This document shows positions 1 through 9,019 of a stretch of 64,000 bases of DNA, in pieces; position 1 is the stretch's first letter; each line of letters begins with the position of its first letter. The stretch is from an uncultured Alphaproteobacteria bacterium (lineage in GTDB: Bacteria > Pseudomonadota > Alphaproteobacteria > JAPULJ01). The stretch covers positions 14,737-78,736 of the forward strand of contig CAZBRE010000001.1 of the NCBI GenBank assembly GCA_964494065.1, read 5' to 3'. The notes under the pieces were generated by a model. The model worked only from the letters and a program-made list of their open reading frames with translations. It made no database searches and had not been told where the DNA came from. Both the position numbers and the translations under genes were made by a program.

Positions 1-204
1 ATTGAAGGCGATGAAGCCGGCCGAGGTGCCTTGTTCGCTGTATGGCGGTACCGACATGATCGTGCGCATCATGTCGCCGCCCCCGGGCCGCTCGATCTTG
101 ATCACATCGGCGCCCTGCAGCGCCAGTTGCATGGTCGCGAAGGGCCCGGCGATCACTTGCGTGAAATCGAGCACCGTCACCCCGTCGAACAAGCCGTCCG
201 TCAT
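1..204 (-). CDS. CoA transferase family III (CaiB/BaiF-like), N-terminal fragment; gene runs off the window start
   Basis: Reverse translation from ATG at 202-204 gives [48 protein letters not shown]..., with no stop before position 1. This matches the conserved N-terminus of family III CoA-transferases. Confidence 0.6.
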   Translation of the reverse strand, partial: MTDGLFDGVTVLDFTQVIAGPFATMQLALQGADVIKIERPGGGDMMRTIMSVPPYSEQGTSAGFIAFN

Positions 205-384
205 CGGATCACCCGAAATTTCATCGGTGCAGCGGCACTCATCGTCACGCCTCGCTCAACGGCAGCGCGGGCGCTGGGTTTCATCGAGGATACCGATGAC
301 CTCGTCGAGACTGATCGACTCGCCTTGGGCGACCCCGGAAATCAAGATGCGCGCCGGACCGCATCCCGCCGGCGGCATTCGCCC

Positions 385-1197
385 TCATAGGGCCAGCCGC
401 TGCTCGACGACGCGGCAGTATTCGTCCGGCCGGGTCACGTAGGGATAGTGCCCGCCGCTCGTGAACGTATGAACATGCGCCGCAGGATAGCGGGCGGCAA
501 CGCTCCGACGCACCTCCGGCGAGATCAGGGGATCGTCCTCGGCCTCCAGGATGGTGATCCGCTCTTGGCTCACGGCGGCGGTGGGGATCTCCGCGAGGCG
601 CACCAGCGCCAGCAGACGCGCCTTGAACGCCCGGCCGGTGAAGTGGCGCGCGAGCTCGTCGAGGAGATAGACCTTGATGGCGGCGAATTCCGGCGCCGGT
701 TCCGGCCAGCTCGCCACGTTGTCGCGGACCGGGCCCTTGGCGGCGGCCGCCGGCATCGTCTCTACCATGGCGGGCGGGGGAAGGGTGGTGCGCATCGACG
801 ACAGATCGGCCAGCGAGTTCGCGATGAAGGCGTGGGCGACCCGCTCGGGATGCCGCGCCGCGATCGTCTGGACGACGATGCCGCCGAGCGAGCTGCCCAG
901 GAAATTGGCCTGCCCGACGCCCAGCCGATCGAGCAGCCCGATCGCACCGTCGGCAATCCGCGAGACGTCGCCCACCATTGGATAGGTCAGCGAGATCACC
1001 CGCAGCCGCGGGGAGAAGTGATCGATCAGATTGCGAAAGACGTCCGCATGGCCAAGCGTGCCGGGACACAGCACCAATGCGTCGGGCCCGCTTCCCTGAT
1101 CGATGAACGGCCAAACGAGACCGTCGATCGTCAGCCGCTTCACGGGCGTCCGGGCACGGTACCGCGCCGCGTCGCCGATATAGTCCGGCATGCTCAT
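385..1197 (-). CDS. alpha/beta-fold hydrolase
   Basis: 270 aa ORF with the G-S-S-L-G-G nucleophile elbow (FLGSSLGG) and overall alpha/beta hydrolase layout. Confidence 0.8.
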   Translation of the reverse strand: MSMPDYIGDAARYRARTPVKRLTIDGLVWPFIDQGSGPDALVLCPGTLGHADVFRNLIDHFSPRLRVISLTYPMVGDVSRIADGAIGLLDRLGVGQANFLGSSLGGIVVQTIAARHPERVAHAFIANSLADLSSMRTTLPPPAMVETMPAAAAKGPVRDNVASWPEPAPEFAAIKVYLLDELARHFTGRAFKARLLALVRLAEIPTAAVSQERITILEAEDDPLISPEVRRSVAARYPAAHVHTFTSGGHYPYVTRPDEYCRVVEQRLAL

Positions 1198-1235
1198 AAG
1201 CTCTCTCTCATGGGCTCTCCCTCATGGGCTCTCCC

Positions 1236-2702
1236 TCATGCGGTCTCCGCCCATGGGTCCTCCACCTTCGGCCAGAAGGGCACGGCCACCCGCTCAAACG
1301 GGATATTCGCGAAATCCGGGGTAATCGCGCCCGGCGTCGCCAGATAGATCACCTCGCTGGCGATCGGTGCAAAGCCGGCATGGAAGTGCTGCGATGATTT
1401 GACGATCACCGCCTTCTTCGCTGCGAGATCGATGCCGAGCTGGGTGAAGGCGTCGGGATTGAAGGTCTGGGTGCGCACCGTGTTGAGGACGAGGTCGAGC
1501 CCCGCCGCCTCGATCCATACCGCATCGCCGATCGGCGATTGCGCCGTGCCGAAGCTTTGCCGCGCGTTCTCGACGATCCGGCGCACGGTGACGGTGAGGT
1601 CGACCGGATCGCCCGACATCGGCCCGCACTTGCCGCCGAGGCGCAGATCGAAGGTCGCCCCCTCGCCCGCCTCCTTGCAGAAGCGCACGGCGACCGGATC
1701 CCAGAACAGTCCGAGCACCACGTCGGTCATGCCGCGGTCGAGCACGGCGCGCAGCACGAAGGTGGCGTCGGCCGGCGCGCCGCCGCCGGCGTTGTCCGAA
1801 ACATCCGCCGCGACGATCGGCACGGCGTTCGACGCGGCGATGCGCGTGAGCCCAGCGTCGAGCGGCACATAGTCCGGCGCCGTCTCAGCGCGCAGCGACC
1901 AGATCTCCTCGCCCAGCGCCCGCGCCAAGGCCGCGCCGCGCGCCGCGTCGCCATCGCTCACGACGAGCATCTTCGCCGTCGTCTCCGGCACGTCGGACCA
2001 GGGAAAGCCGTGGGCGAACGACACCGAGAGAATTCCCGGCTCCCCTTCAGCCTCCTTCAGCCGCTGCACGAAGGACGCCATCGGCTCGGCGGTGGTGGGC
2101 CACATGTTGACCATGCGGCAGTCGTGGACCGACATGACCGGCCGCGTCCGGCCCTCGGCTCTGCCGAGCATCACCTCGAACAGCTCGGCCGCGCGGTCCT
2201 TGCCGTCGATATGAGGATACTCCTTGAAGGTGATCAACGCGTCCGCCGCCTCGGTCATCGCCGGCGTGATCGAGCAGTGAAGATCGAGCTCGGCGCCGAG
2301 CGCCACGTCGGGCCCGACGAGGTCACGGATGCGGGCCAGGATATCGCCCTCGCAGTCGAGATAGCCGTCGGCGACCATCGCGCCGTGCATGCAGATGAGC
2401 ACCATGTCGACCGGCAGTGCGGCCTTGAGATCGCCGAGCAGCTCGTCGCGCAAGCTTTCATAGACCGCGCGCGCGGTCACGCCGGCGGGCTCGGCGAACG
2501 CCGCGATGCTTTCGACGACGTCGAACCCCTTGCCCTCTGCGGCCCGGCGCCAGACATGCAGCGGCTCGCTGAACAGGTTGGGCGGATGCGCCGTGGCATC
2601 GCCGCGGTAGAGCATCGTCTCCTCGAAATTCGCCCAGCCCGTCGGCAGCGGTGAGAACGTGTTCGTCTCGGTGCCCAGGCAGGCGATGAAGATCTTCGTC
2701 AT
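1236..2702 (-). CDS. M81 family metallopeptidase (MlrC/microcystinase C-like)
   Basis: 488 aa; N-terminus KIFIACLGTETNTFSP resembles the M81 signature (G-x-ETNTFSP), and the length is typical. Abuts the TRAP dctQ-like gene with no gap. Confidence 0.75.
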   Translation of the reverse strand: MTKIFIACLGTETNTFSPLPTGWANFEETMLYRGDATAHPPNLFSEPLHVWRRAAEGKGFDVVESIAAFAEPAGVTARAVYESLRDELLGDLKAALPVDMVLICMHGAMVADGYLDCEGDILARIRDLVGPDVALGAELDLHCSITPAMTEAADALITFKEYPHIDGKDRAAELFEVMLGRAEGRTRPVMSVHDCRMVNMWPTTAEPMASFVQRLKEAEGEPGILSVSFAHGFPWSDVPETTAKMLVVSDGDAARGAALARALGEEIWSLRAETAPDYVPLDAGLTRIAASNAVPIVAADVSDNAGGGAPADATFVLRAVLDRGMTDVVLGLFWDPVAVRFCKEAGEGATFDLRLGGKCGPMSGDPVDLTVTVRRIVENARQSFGTAQSPIGDAVWIEAAGLDLVLNTVRTQTFNPDAFTQLGIDLAAKKAVIVKSSQHFHAGFAPIASEVIYLATPGAITPDFANIPFERVAVPFWPKVEDPWAETA

Positions 2703-3239
2703 TCACGCGGTCTCCCGGTTCGTATCGGTGTCGTCCTCGAGCCCGGTCTTGTCGCCGGCCAGCCGGGCCATCAGGTGAACGACGATGGTCGCCATCGCGA
2801 ACGGCACCGCCGCGGCGATCCAGGCGAGCGACAGGCCGACGGCATCCGCGGTGCGGCCGGCGCTGCGCGCGACAAAGCCTTGCGAGATCGTCCAGCCGGC
2901 GCCGAACAGGGAGTAGTAGAGCACGGGCAGGACGAAGATCAGCACGGCGCCGGCCGCCACCAGCCCGGCCCCGACCACGACCGCCCGTCCCCGTGCGGCC
3001 GGAATGGTGACCAGCACCGGATCGAACCGGGCCTTGAAGGCGATCGTAGCCCCCAGCAGCCCGCCCCACACCATGGCAAAGCGGGTCAGTTCCTCGGTCC
3101 AGGACGGCGGCTGGGCGAAGCCGTAGCGTGCCACGACCTGGATGGTCACGAAGAGCAGCATGGCGCCCAGGCAGGCGATCGCGCCCCACCGGCAGAGCCG
3201 GTCGAGCGCGTCGCTTGCCCGGATGATGGCGCGCAGCAT
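2703..3239 (-). CDS. TRAP transporter small permease (DctQ family)
   Basis: 178 aa, four predicted TM helices, directly downstream of the DctP-like and DctM-like genes. Confidence 0.75.
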   Translation of the reverse strand: MLRAIIRASDALDRLCRWGAIACLGAMLLFVTIQVVARYGFAQPPSWTEELTRFAMVWGGLLGATIAFKARFDPVLVTIPAARGRAVVVGAGLVAAGAVLIFVLPVLYYSLFGAGWTISQGFVARSAGRTADAVGLSLAWIAAAVPFAMATIVVHLMARLAGDKTGLEDDTDTNRETA

Positions 3240-3270
3240 GGGCGCGGTCGACGGCCGCCTACTTCGCCGC

Positions 3271-4251
3271 CTACTTCGCCGCCGCCGCGGCGTCGGTCCA
3301 GATCTTCACCTGGGCCGCCGACATCACGCCTTGCGTGTAGACCTTCTTCGACAGCGCCACGAAGGTCGCGCGCTGGGCGGGCGTCAAGGTCGTGATCGTG
3401 ATGCCCTTGCTCTTGGCCATCGCGGCCATCGCCGGCGTGGCCTTCGCGCGCCAGGCGCGTGCGGTGGCGTTCGCCGCGACGATGGCAGCTTCGACGCGCT
3501 TGCGGTCCTTGGCGCTGAGCCCGCGGTACCACTTCTCCGAGGCGATGGCGATGCGCGTGGTCGGGGAGACCTTGGCGTCGGTGAAGTGCTTGATGAAGTC
3601 GGTATGGCCGAACAGGACCGGGACGAAGACCGGATTGAGATAGCCGTCGGCGACCCCGGTCTGCAACGCGTTGGGCACTTCCTTCCACGGCACGACGGTG
3701 CCCTTGGCGCCCCACGCCCGGTAGAGCGCGATCTGCGATTTGTCGAGCGCGCGCATGCGCAGGCCCTTGATATCGGCGGGGCTGTGGATCGGCCGCTTGG
3801 TGTTGCAGATGCCGGCGGGCGGCCCGAGGTGGAGGAAGGCGATCAGGCGCACGCCCTTGGGCGTGATCTTCTCGTTGATCTTCTTGATCAGCTCAGCCTT
3901 TTCGACCGCGCTGTCGAAGTGTTCGCTGTTGTCGAAGAGGTAGGGCAGATAGGCGCCGAAGATCAGCGTGTCGAGCTTGCCAGCGACCTGCAGCGCGGAG
4001 TTCGAGACCTCGAGCAGGCCTTGGCTCACCTGGTCGAGCCGTTCGGCTTCGCCGCCCAGCGCACCGCGCTTGTATAGCTTGGCCTTCAGTCCGGCGGCGC
4101 TCAGGTGCTCCGAAAACGCTTTGGACCATACATAGCTGCCGCAGAGTTTGGGATTGGGCGGACAGTCGAGGGCGATCTTGACTTCTGCGCGGGCGGCCCC
4201 TGCCCCGAGCAACAATACCGTGCCGATGATGCTGACAATGCGTTTTCTCAT
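3271..4251 (-). CDS. TRAP transporter substrate-binding protein (DctP family)
   Basis: 326 aa with an N-terminal signal peptide (MRKRIVSIIGTVLLLGAGAARA). Family-level similarity to DctP; positioned between DctM and DctQ. Confidence 0.85.
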   Translation of the reverse strand: MRKRIVSIIGTVLLLGAGAARAEVKIALDCPPNPKLCGSYVWSKAFSEHLSAAGLKAKLYKRGALGGEAERLDQVSQGLLEVSNSALQVAGKLDTLIFGAYLPYLFDNSEHFDSAVEKAELIKKINEKITPKGVRLIAFLHLGPPAGICNTKRPIHSPADIKGLRMRALDKSQIALYRAWGAKGTVVPWKEVPNALQTGVADGYLNPVFVPVLFGHTDFIKHFTDAKVSPTTRIAIASEKWYRGLSAKDRKRVEAAIVAANATARAWRAKATPAMAAMAKSKGITITTLTPAQRATFVALSKKVYTQGVMSAAQVKIWTDAAAAAK

Positions 4252-4280
4252 GACGGGCTCCTTTCCTCACCAGAGTATGG

Positions 4281-5570
4281 CTATCCGGTCGCAATCCCTG
4301 CAAGCCGGGGCAAAAACAGAACGAGTTCCGGGCACAACACCAGGATGAGCAGTACGATGACCTCGACGATCACGAACGGGATGATGGCGCGCGCGAGCTG
4401 CCAGTAGCCGACCTTCGAGACCGTGGAGACGACGATCAGACAGCCGCCCAGCGGCGGCGTGATCAGTCCAATGCACAGATTGAAGCAGAGGACGATGCCG
4501 AGATGGACCGGATCGACGCCCTGCGCGAGCGCGGCGGGTGCGAGGATCGGCACCAGCAGCGTCAACGCGACGGGGATGTCGAAGATCATGCCCGCAACGA
4601 GGAAGATCACGTTGATCATGAGCAGGTACTCGATGCCCGAGAGCCCGGCGCCCTTGACCAGTCCGGCCAGGGTGTCGGGCCAGCCGAGCAGTCCCGCGAG
4701 ATAGCCCAGAACCGCCACCGCCGACAGGATCATGAAGATCGCGCCGGTCAGCATGGCGGCACGTCGGAGCGCCTCGCCCAGCATCGCAAGGCTGATGCCC
4801 TTGTAGAGCCAGCCTGCCGCGATCGCGGCAAGTGCGGCGACCGCGGACGCCTCGGTCGGCGTCGTCAGGCCGAACACGATGCCGCCCAGAATGATCACCG
4901 GCAGGCTGAGCGCCGGCAGCGCCCGGACGAAGGACGGCAAGAGCGGCGGGATCACCTCCCCGCGCCCGCCCGGATGATCGTCGCGGTGGGCGATCCAGGC
5001 GTTGAGCGCGAAGAGCGCCAGCGCCAACAGAAGGCCGGGAACGATGCCGGCGATGAACAGCGCGGCGACCGAGGTCTGCATCAGCGCGCCGTAGATGATC
5101 AGGATGATGCTGGGCGGGATGATCGGCCCGATGATCGCAGACGCCGCGGTCACCGCCCCGGCGTAGGTGGCGGTATAGCCGCGCTCGCGCATCGCCGGCA
5201 CCAGCGTGTTCGAAAGCGCCGCCGCGTCGGCGACCGCCGAGCCGGAAATGCCGGCGAAGAACACCGAGGTCAGGATGTTGACATGGCCGAGGCCGCCCTT
5301 GAGGCGGCCCATCAGCGCCATCGAGAAGTCGATCAGCACCCGCGTGATCCCCGACCGGTTCATGATCTCGCCGGTGAGGATGAAGAGCGGCATCGCCAGC
5401 AGCGCGAAGACGTCGAGCTGCGCGAAGATGCGCTGGGGGATGATCGCCAGGTATTGCGGCCGGTCGGCGGCGATATAGGCGAGCACCGCGCCGGCGCCGA
5501 TCGCATAGGCAATTGCGGCTCCGGACGCAACGACCAGCGCCACGACGATGAGTGGCCACCACGCCATCAC
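4281..5570 (-). CDS. TRAP transporter large permease (DctM family)
   Basis: 429 aa polytopic membrane protein with DctM-like motifs (FILTGEIMNRSGIT, GPIIPPSI). Confidence 0.85.
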   Translation of the reverse strand: MMAWWPLIVVALVVASGAAIAYAIGAGAVLAYIAADRPQYLAIIPQRIFAQLDVFALLAMPLFILTGEIMNRSGITRVLIDFSMALMGRLKGGLGHVNILTSVFFAGISGSAVADAAALSNTLVPAMRERGYTATYAGAVTAASAIIGPIIPPSIILIIYGALMQTSVAALFIAGIVPGLLLALALFALNAWIAHRDDHPGGRGEVIPPLLPSFVRALPALSLPVIILGGIVFGLTTPTEASAVAALAAIAAGWLYKGISLAMLGEALRRAAMLTGAIFMILSAVAVLGYLAGLLGWPDTLAGLVKGAGLSGIEYLLMINVIFLVAGMIFDIPVALTLLVPILAPAALAQGVDPVHLGIVLCFNLCIGLITPPLGGCLIVVSTVSKVGYWQLARAIIPFVIVEVIVLLILVLCPELVLFLPRLAGIATG

Positions 5571-5728
5571 TCACGGCGCTCACGGGGCGCCCGCCGGGCC
5601 GGATCGAGCTCTTGCACGTTGCGTCGGACCTGCACCCCGGCGAACTCCCCCCCGCTCCACGCCGAAATGCCCGCCCGATAAGCGTCGCACCTGCGGTCGT
5701 TTGAAAAACCGTCGCATTTTCTCTTAGA

Positions 5729-5750
5729 GCGTGCAACGTGCATTGCACGC
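5729..5750. promoter_or_regulatory. inverted repeat GCGTGCAA-N6-TTGCACGC upstream of the TRAP dctM-led operon (candidate operator)
   Basis: Seen directly in sequence in the 290-bp region upstream of the dctM start on the minus strand. Confidence 0.25.
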
Positions 5751-5861
5751 CGCAGAATTCATGGATTCTCCGGCGGCTCGAGCAGAACTCCGGATCGATC
5801 AGGGCGATGTCCGCCAACCGCCCAAGAGCGGTCATCCATGATGCCGTTCAGGAGCGCCGGA

Positions 5862-6575
5862 TCAGTTCTTTTCGACCTTGCACGGCTCGGTGCGTACCTT
5901 GACCAGCTTGCCGCCACGCCGCTTCCAATAGATCATGGTGCACGGCTCGGGATCGTCCTTTCGTTCGACCCGGGAGATGTTGATCAGCCGATCGCCTTGC
6001 CAGCGGTAGACATCGGTCCCGTGAAGGCAGCATCCGTCTCGCCAAACACTGTAGATCAGCTTCTTCTTGGCGTCGAACTCGGCCGAGACGACCTTGTCAA
6101 GCTCGTGATTGCGGACGAACCGGTGCTTCTTGGGGTTCCAGATGAAATGCAAATACGAAGTGTTCGGGCTCGCCGGGAGGAGCTCGAAGACGCCGAAATC
6201 GAGATGGCCATCGAAATTCATGTCCTCGAACACGACGAACGGGAACTTATGTGAGGCCGGCGGCTCGGCCTTGATGCCGCGAAAGGTTTGCTGCGGCGCC
6301 CGCCCGCCGAACCCGACCGTGACACGGCGCACCGCATAGAAGCCGTTGTCCATCAGCCCGCCGAACAGCACGACGACCAGCGATCCCATCCGCTTGATCG
6401 GACGGCTCTTGCACGTAATCAGCCGGGCATTTTTGGACGGAGTCGGTTTGGTGACATGCCGGTGGCAGGTCGCCGTCGGCTTGCTCTCGGCAATGGCAGC
6501 CGAACCGCAGGTCAGAGCGGCGCCGATCGGCAGAAGAATCGACATTGAAACGCAGAACGCAGACCGCGCAGACAT
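5862..6575 (-). CDS. hypothetical secreted protein (signal peptide; Cys-rich; W/K-rich C-terminus)
   Basis: ORF 5862..6653; the likely start is the internal Met at 6575 (MSARSAFCVSMSILLPIGAALTCGSAAIAES = signal peptide). No family recognised. Confidence 0.4.
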   Translation of the reverse strand: MSARSAFCVSMSILLPIGAALTCGSAAIAESKPTATCHRHVTKPTPSKNARLITCKSRPIKRMGSLVVVLFGGLMDNGFYAVRRVTVGFGGRAPQQTFRGIKAEPPASHKFPFVVFEDMNFDGHLDFGVFELLPASPNTSYLHFIWNPKKHRFVRNHELDKVVSAEFDAKKKLIYSVWRDGCCLHGTDVYRWQGDRLINISRVERKDDPEPCTMIYWKRRGGKLVKVRTEPCKVEKN

Positions 6576-6749
6576 CGTCGCCTCTCGTTTTTGCTTCAAA
6601 AGCATCGGTCGGCGGCTCGATCGCAGGCACCATGAAATAGGCGCTGGTCCCATCGTAAAAGTGCTCAGCGTGGAATGTCCAACTTTTCAAGACCGATCGC
6701 GCGCCGCGGAGACGAGCTCGCGGCAGGCTGCCCCCTCCATGGGGCATGA

Positions 6750-7793
6750 TCAGTCGCGGCCGGCGCTCAGATTGTATTTCATGATGCGCCCGTGGGGCCC
6801 GGTCTTGTCCCGTTCCAGCTCGTAGATGTCCCCTTCCGGTCCCTGGCGCTTGTCCGTCACCGCGGCGATGGCCGCGCGGTCGGCATCGTCGAGCTTCAGA
6901 CCTGCAATGGCGAGATGGTCGGCAAGGTGGCTGCGATTGACGGCGCCGATGATGACCGCGGCGACGCTTGGCTTGTCTAGGATTGCCCGGGTCGCGACAT
7001 TGGCGATGCTCGTGCCGTGCTTCTTGGCGATCACATCGAGCGCGGCGAGCAACTCCTGAAACAGCGCCCAGCCGCCGAAATCGTCGATGATCAGCTTGTA
7101 TTTGCGCAGCGAGCGGTTGGCGTAGGGCTCGCCCGGCTCCGGCGCGCCTAGCCAGCGCTCGGAAAGAAAGCCGCCTGCCACGACGCCGTAGCATGTCAAG
7201 GCGACACCGCGCTCCAGGCAGAGCGGGACATGGCCGCTGCGCTCGGGCCGGTCGTCCAGGAGCGAGTATTGCAGCTGATGCGAGACCAGCGGCACGCCGG
7301 CGTCGAGCATCGCTTCGATCTCGGGCGTGCGGAAATTGATGCCGCCGATGGTGCGGGCTTTGCCGCGCTTGCGCAGGTCGTCATAGACCTTGGCGGCGGC
7401 GATATAGTCGCCGCGATTGGGATCCCACCAGGCGAATTGCAGCATGTCGACGCGCTCGACGCCAAGCCGCTTGAGCGAGCGGTCGACCGTCGCCTCGATC
7501 TGCGCCGCAGTGATGGTCGGCAGCGCGTCGTAGTCGGGCACGGCCTTGTCGTTGATCTCAATGCGCCCGGCCAGTTCGGGGTATCGCCGCCGGAACGCAC
7601 CGATCAGATCCTCTACGCCGGTGTAGATGTCCGCCGTGTCGAGCGTGGTGATGCCGGCCTCGACGAAGGCGGCCATGTCGTCGATGGCATCGGCTTCGGC
7701 GACATCGCCGTGGCCGCCAGCGAGATGCCAGCCGCCCTTCCAGATCCGCGAGACCTCCAGTCCTGGCGCGATCGTCACGCGTTCGATGGTCAT
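6750..7793 (-). CDS. aldo/keto reductase, YdhF-like (paralog 1 of 4)
   Basis: Start at M13 (MTIERVTIAPGLEVSRIWKGGWHL...LDTADIYTG...). The motif pattern matches E. coli YdhF-type reductases. Divergent from the GntR gene. Confidence 0.85.
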   Translation of the reverse strand: MTIERVTIAPGLEVSRIWKGGWHLAGGHGDVAEADAIDDMAAFVEAGITTLDTADIYTGVEDLIGAFRRRYPELAGRIEINDKAVPDYDALPTITAAQIEATVDRSLKRLGVERVDMLQFAWWDPNRGDYIAAAKVYDDLRKRGKARTIGGINFRTPEIEAMLDAGVPLVSHQLQYSLLDDRPERSGHVPLCLERGVALTCYGVVAGGFLSERWLGAPEPGEPYANRSLRKYKLIIDDFGGWALFQELLAALDVIAKKHGTSIANVATRAILDKPSVAAVIIGAVNRSHLADHLAIAGLKLDDADRAAIAAVTDKRQGPEGDIYELERDKTGPHGRIMKYNLSAGRD

Positions 7794-7893
7794 CCGTCCT
7801 CCCTCACATTGCAGGCACGTTGCAGGCACGTTGCAGGCGGCCGCGCCACCCTGCGATCAGACATTGGCAGCGGCACGTCGTTTATGATATAAA

Positions 7894-7909
7894 ATATTTG
7901 ATCAAATAT
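7894..7909. promoter_or_regulatory. perfect 16-bp palindrome ATATTTGATCAAATAT in the divergent reductase/GntR promoter region (candidate GntR operator)
   Basis: Seen in sequence. Embedded in an AT-rich island (7881-7920) inside an otherwise ~68% GC region, 48 bp upstream of the GntR ATG. Confidence 0.4.
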
Positions 7910-7956
7910 CTCGATAAAATCCCGATGCAACGCTTCGGACGAATAAGGGAGGTCTA

Positions 7957-8655
7957 ATGGGGCGGGCTGCTGCCACGGAAATTGACGTTGTTCCGATCGA
8001 GAGGGAGACGGTGCAGCAACGCATCTATCGTCAGCTGCGCGACCTCCTGATGCGCGGGCGGTTTCAGCCCGGTCAGCCGCTGCTCATCCACGATCTGGCC
8101 GAGGCTTTCGGCACCAGCGCCCAGCCGGTGCGCGAGGCGATCCGTCAGCTCGTCGCCGAGAAGGCGCTTGTCGCCTCCCCCAACCGCTCGGCCTGCGTGC
8201 CGGTCATCGATCGCGAACGGATGGACGATCTGCGGCGCGCACGCATCGCGATCGAGGGGCTGGCGGTGGAATTGGCCGCCGAGCGGAGCACCGATCGCGA
8301 CATCGAAGCGCTTGCCGCGCTCGTCGAAGAAGAAGTGCGCGCCGACGACGCATCGCGGCCCGAGGCCAGCGTCGCCCAGAATCAGGCCTTTCACATGCAG
8401 CTCTACCGGCTGTCGGGCTCCGCCGTGCTGCTGCCGATCATCGAGAGCCTATGGCTGCAGGTAGGCCCCTATATCCGGCGTGCCGCGGAGTATTTCGATG
8501 CGCGCGGCGGGCGCGGCGCGGAGTTTCACACCACTGCGATCGATGCGCTGAGGCGGCGCGATTTTCCGGCCGTGCGCGCCGCGATCGAGGCTGATATCAA
8601 CCGGCTCTTCGACATCTGCATCGAGCTGGAACGCGCGCCCGACACGGCAGCATGA
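7957..8655 (+). CDS. GntR family transcriptional regulator (FadR/FCD subfamily)
   Basis: 232 aa; N-terminal winged HTH (IYRQLRDLLMRGRFQPGQPL) plus C-terminal FCD-like helical domain. RBS AAGGGAGG lies 6 nt upstream of the ATG. Confidence 0.85.
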   Translation: MGRAAATEIDVVPIERETVQQRIYRQLRDLLMRGRFQPGQPLLIHDLAEAFGTSAQPVREAIRQLVAEKALVASPNRSACVPVIDRERMDDLRRARIAIEGLAVELAAERSTDRDIEALAALVEEEVRADDASRPEASVAQNQAFHMQLYRLSGSAVLLPIIESLWLQVGPYIRRAAEYFDARGGRGAEFHTTAIDALRRRDFPAVRAAIEADINRLFDICIELERAPDTAA

Positions 8656-8664
8656 GGCAGGACT

Positions 8665-9015
8665 ATGACCGCCGAGCATGACGATGAGTTCGAGCTGTAC
8701 GACCTGAGGGTCGAGGTCGTGGCGCCGCCCGGCGCCAAGATCTATTGCGGCAACAAGGTCGGCGATTACTTCGAGCTGCGGGGCGAGCTGCTCCATTTGC
8801 CGCCGGGTCAGCCGTTCAGCATCTATTCGCTGGCCACGGTCCTGCCGCTGCTGGCGGCCAAGCAGCGCGAGGTCGATCCGAACGACTGGATGGCGACCGA
8901 CGCCGAGGTCGCCTGCCCCGATCCGAACTGTCCCACACGCTTTCGCATCAGCCGCATCGGCAAACGCACATTCCGCCACGGCGAAACGACCGCCGTTCCG
9001 CTGAGGAAAGACTAG
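8665..9015 (+). CDS. small conserved protein with C...ACPDPNC motif (uncharacterised; copy 1), translationally coupled to the downstream reductase
   Basis: 116 aa. Starts 9 nt after the GntR stop and ends 4 nt before the reductase ATG. Paralog of 10105..10467. My memory of which uncharacterised Pfam/TIGRFAM family this belongs to (possibly TIGR04076-like) is unverified. Confidence 0.6.
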   Translation: MTAEHDDEFELYDLRVEVVAPPGAKIYCGNKVGDYFELRGELLHLPPGQPFSIYSLATVLPLLAAKQREVDPNDWMATDAEVACPDPNCPTRFRISRIGKRTFRHGETTAVPLRKD

Positions 9016-9019
9016 GTCC

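Noticed and set aside
2-442. 146-aa plus-strand ORF at the window start
   Set aside because: Antisense to the real minus-strand CoA-transferase N-terminus (1..204) and the hydrolase. Low-complexity Ser/Arg-rich translation typical of high-GC antisense frames.
8665-9015. Naming the small proteins as TIGR04076 family
   Set aside because: I half-recall an uncharacterised small-protein family annotated next to aldo/keto reductases. The TIGR04076 sequences I can actually remember have a different Cys pattern (CP...C-DEAW), so I cannot make the assignment without an HMM search.
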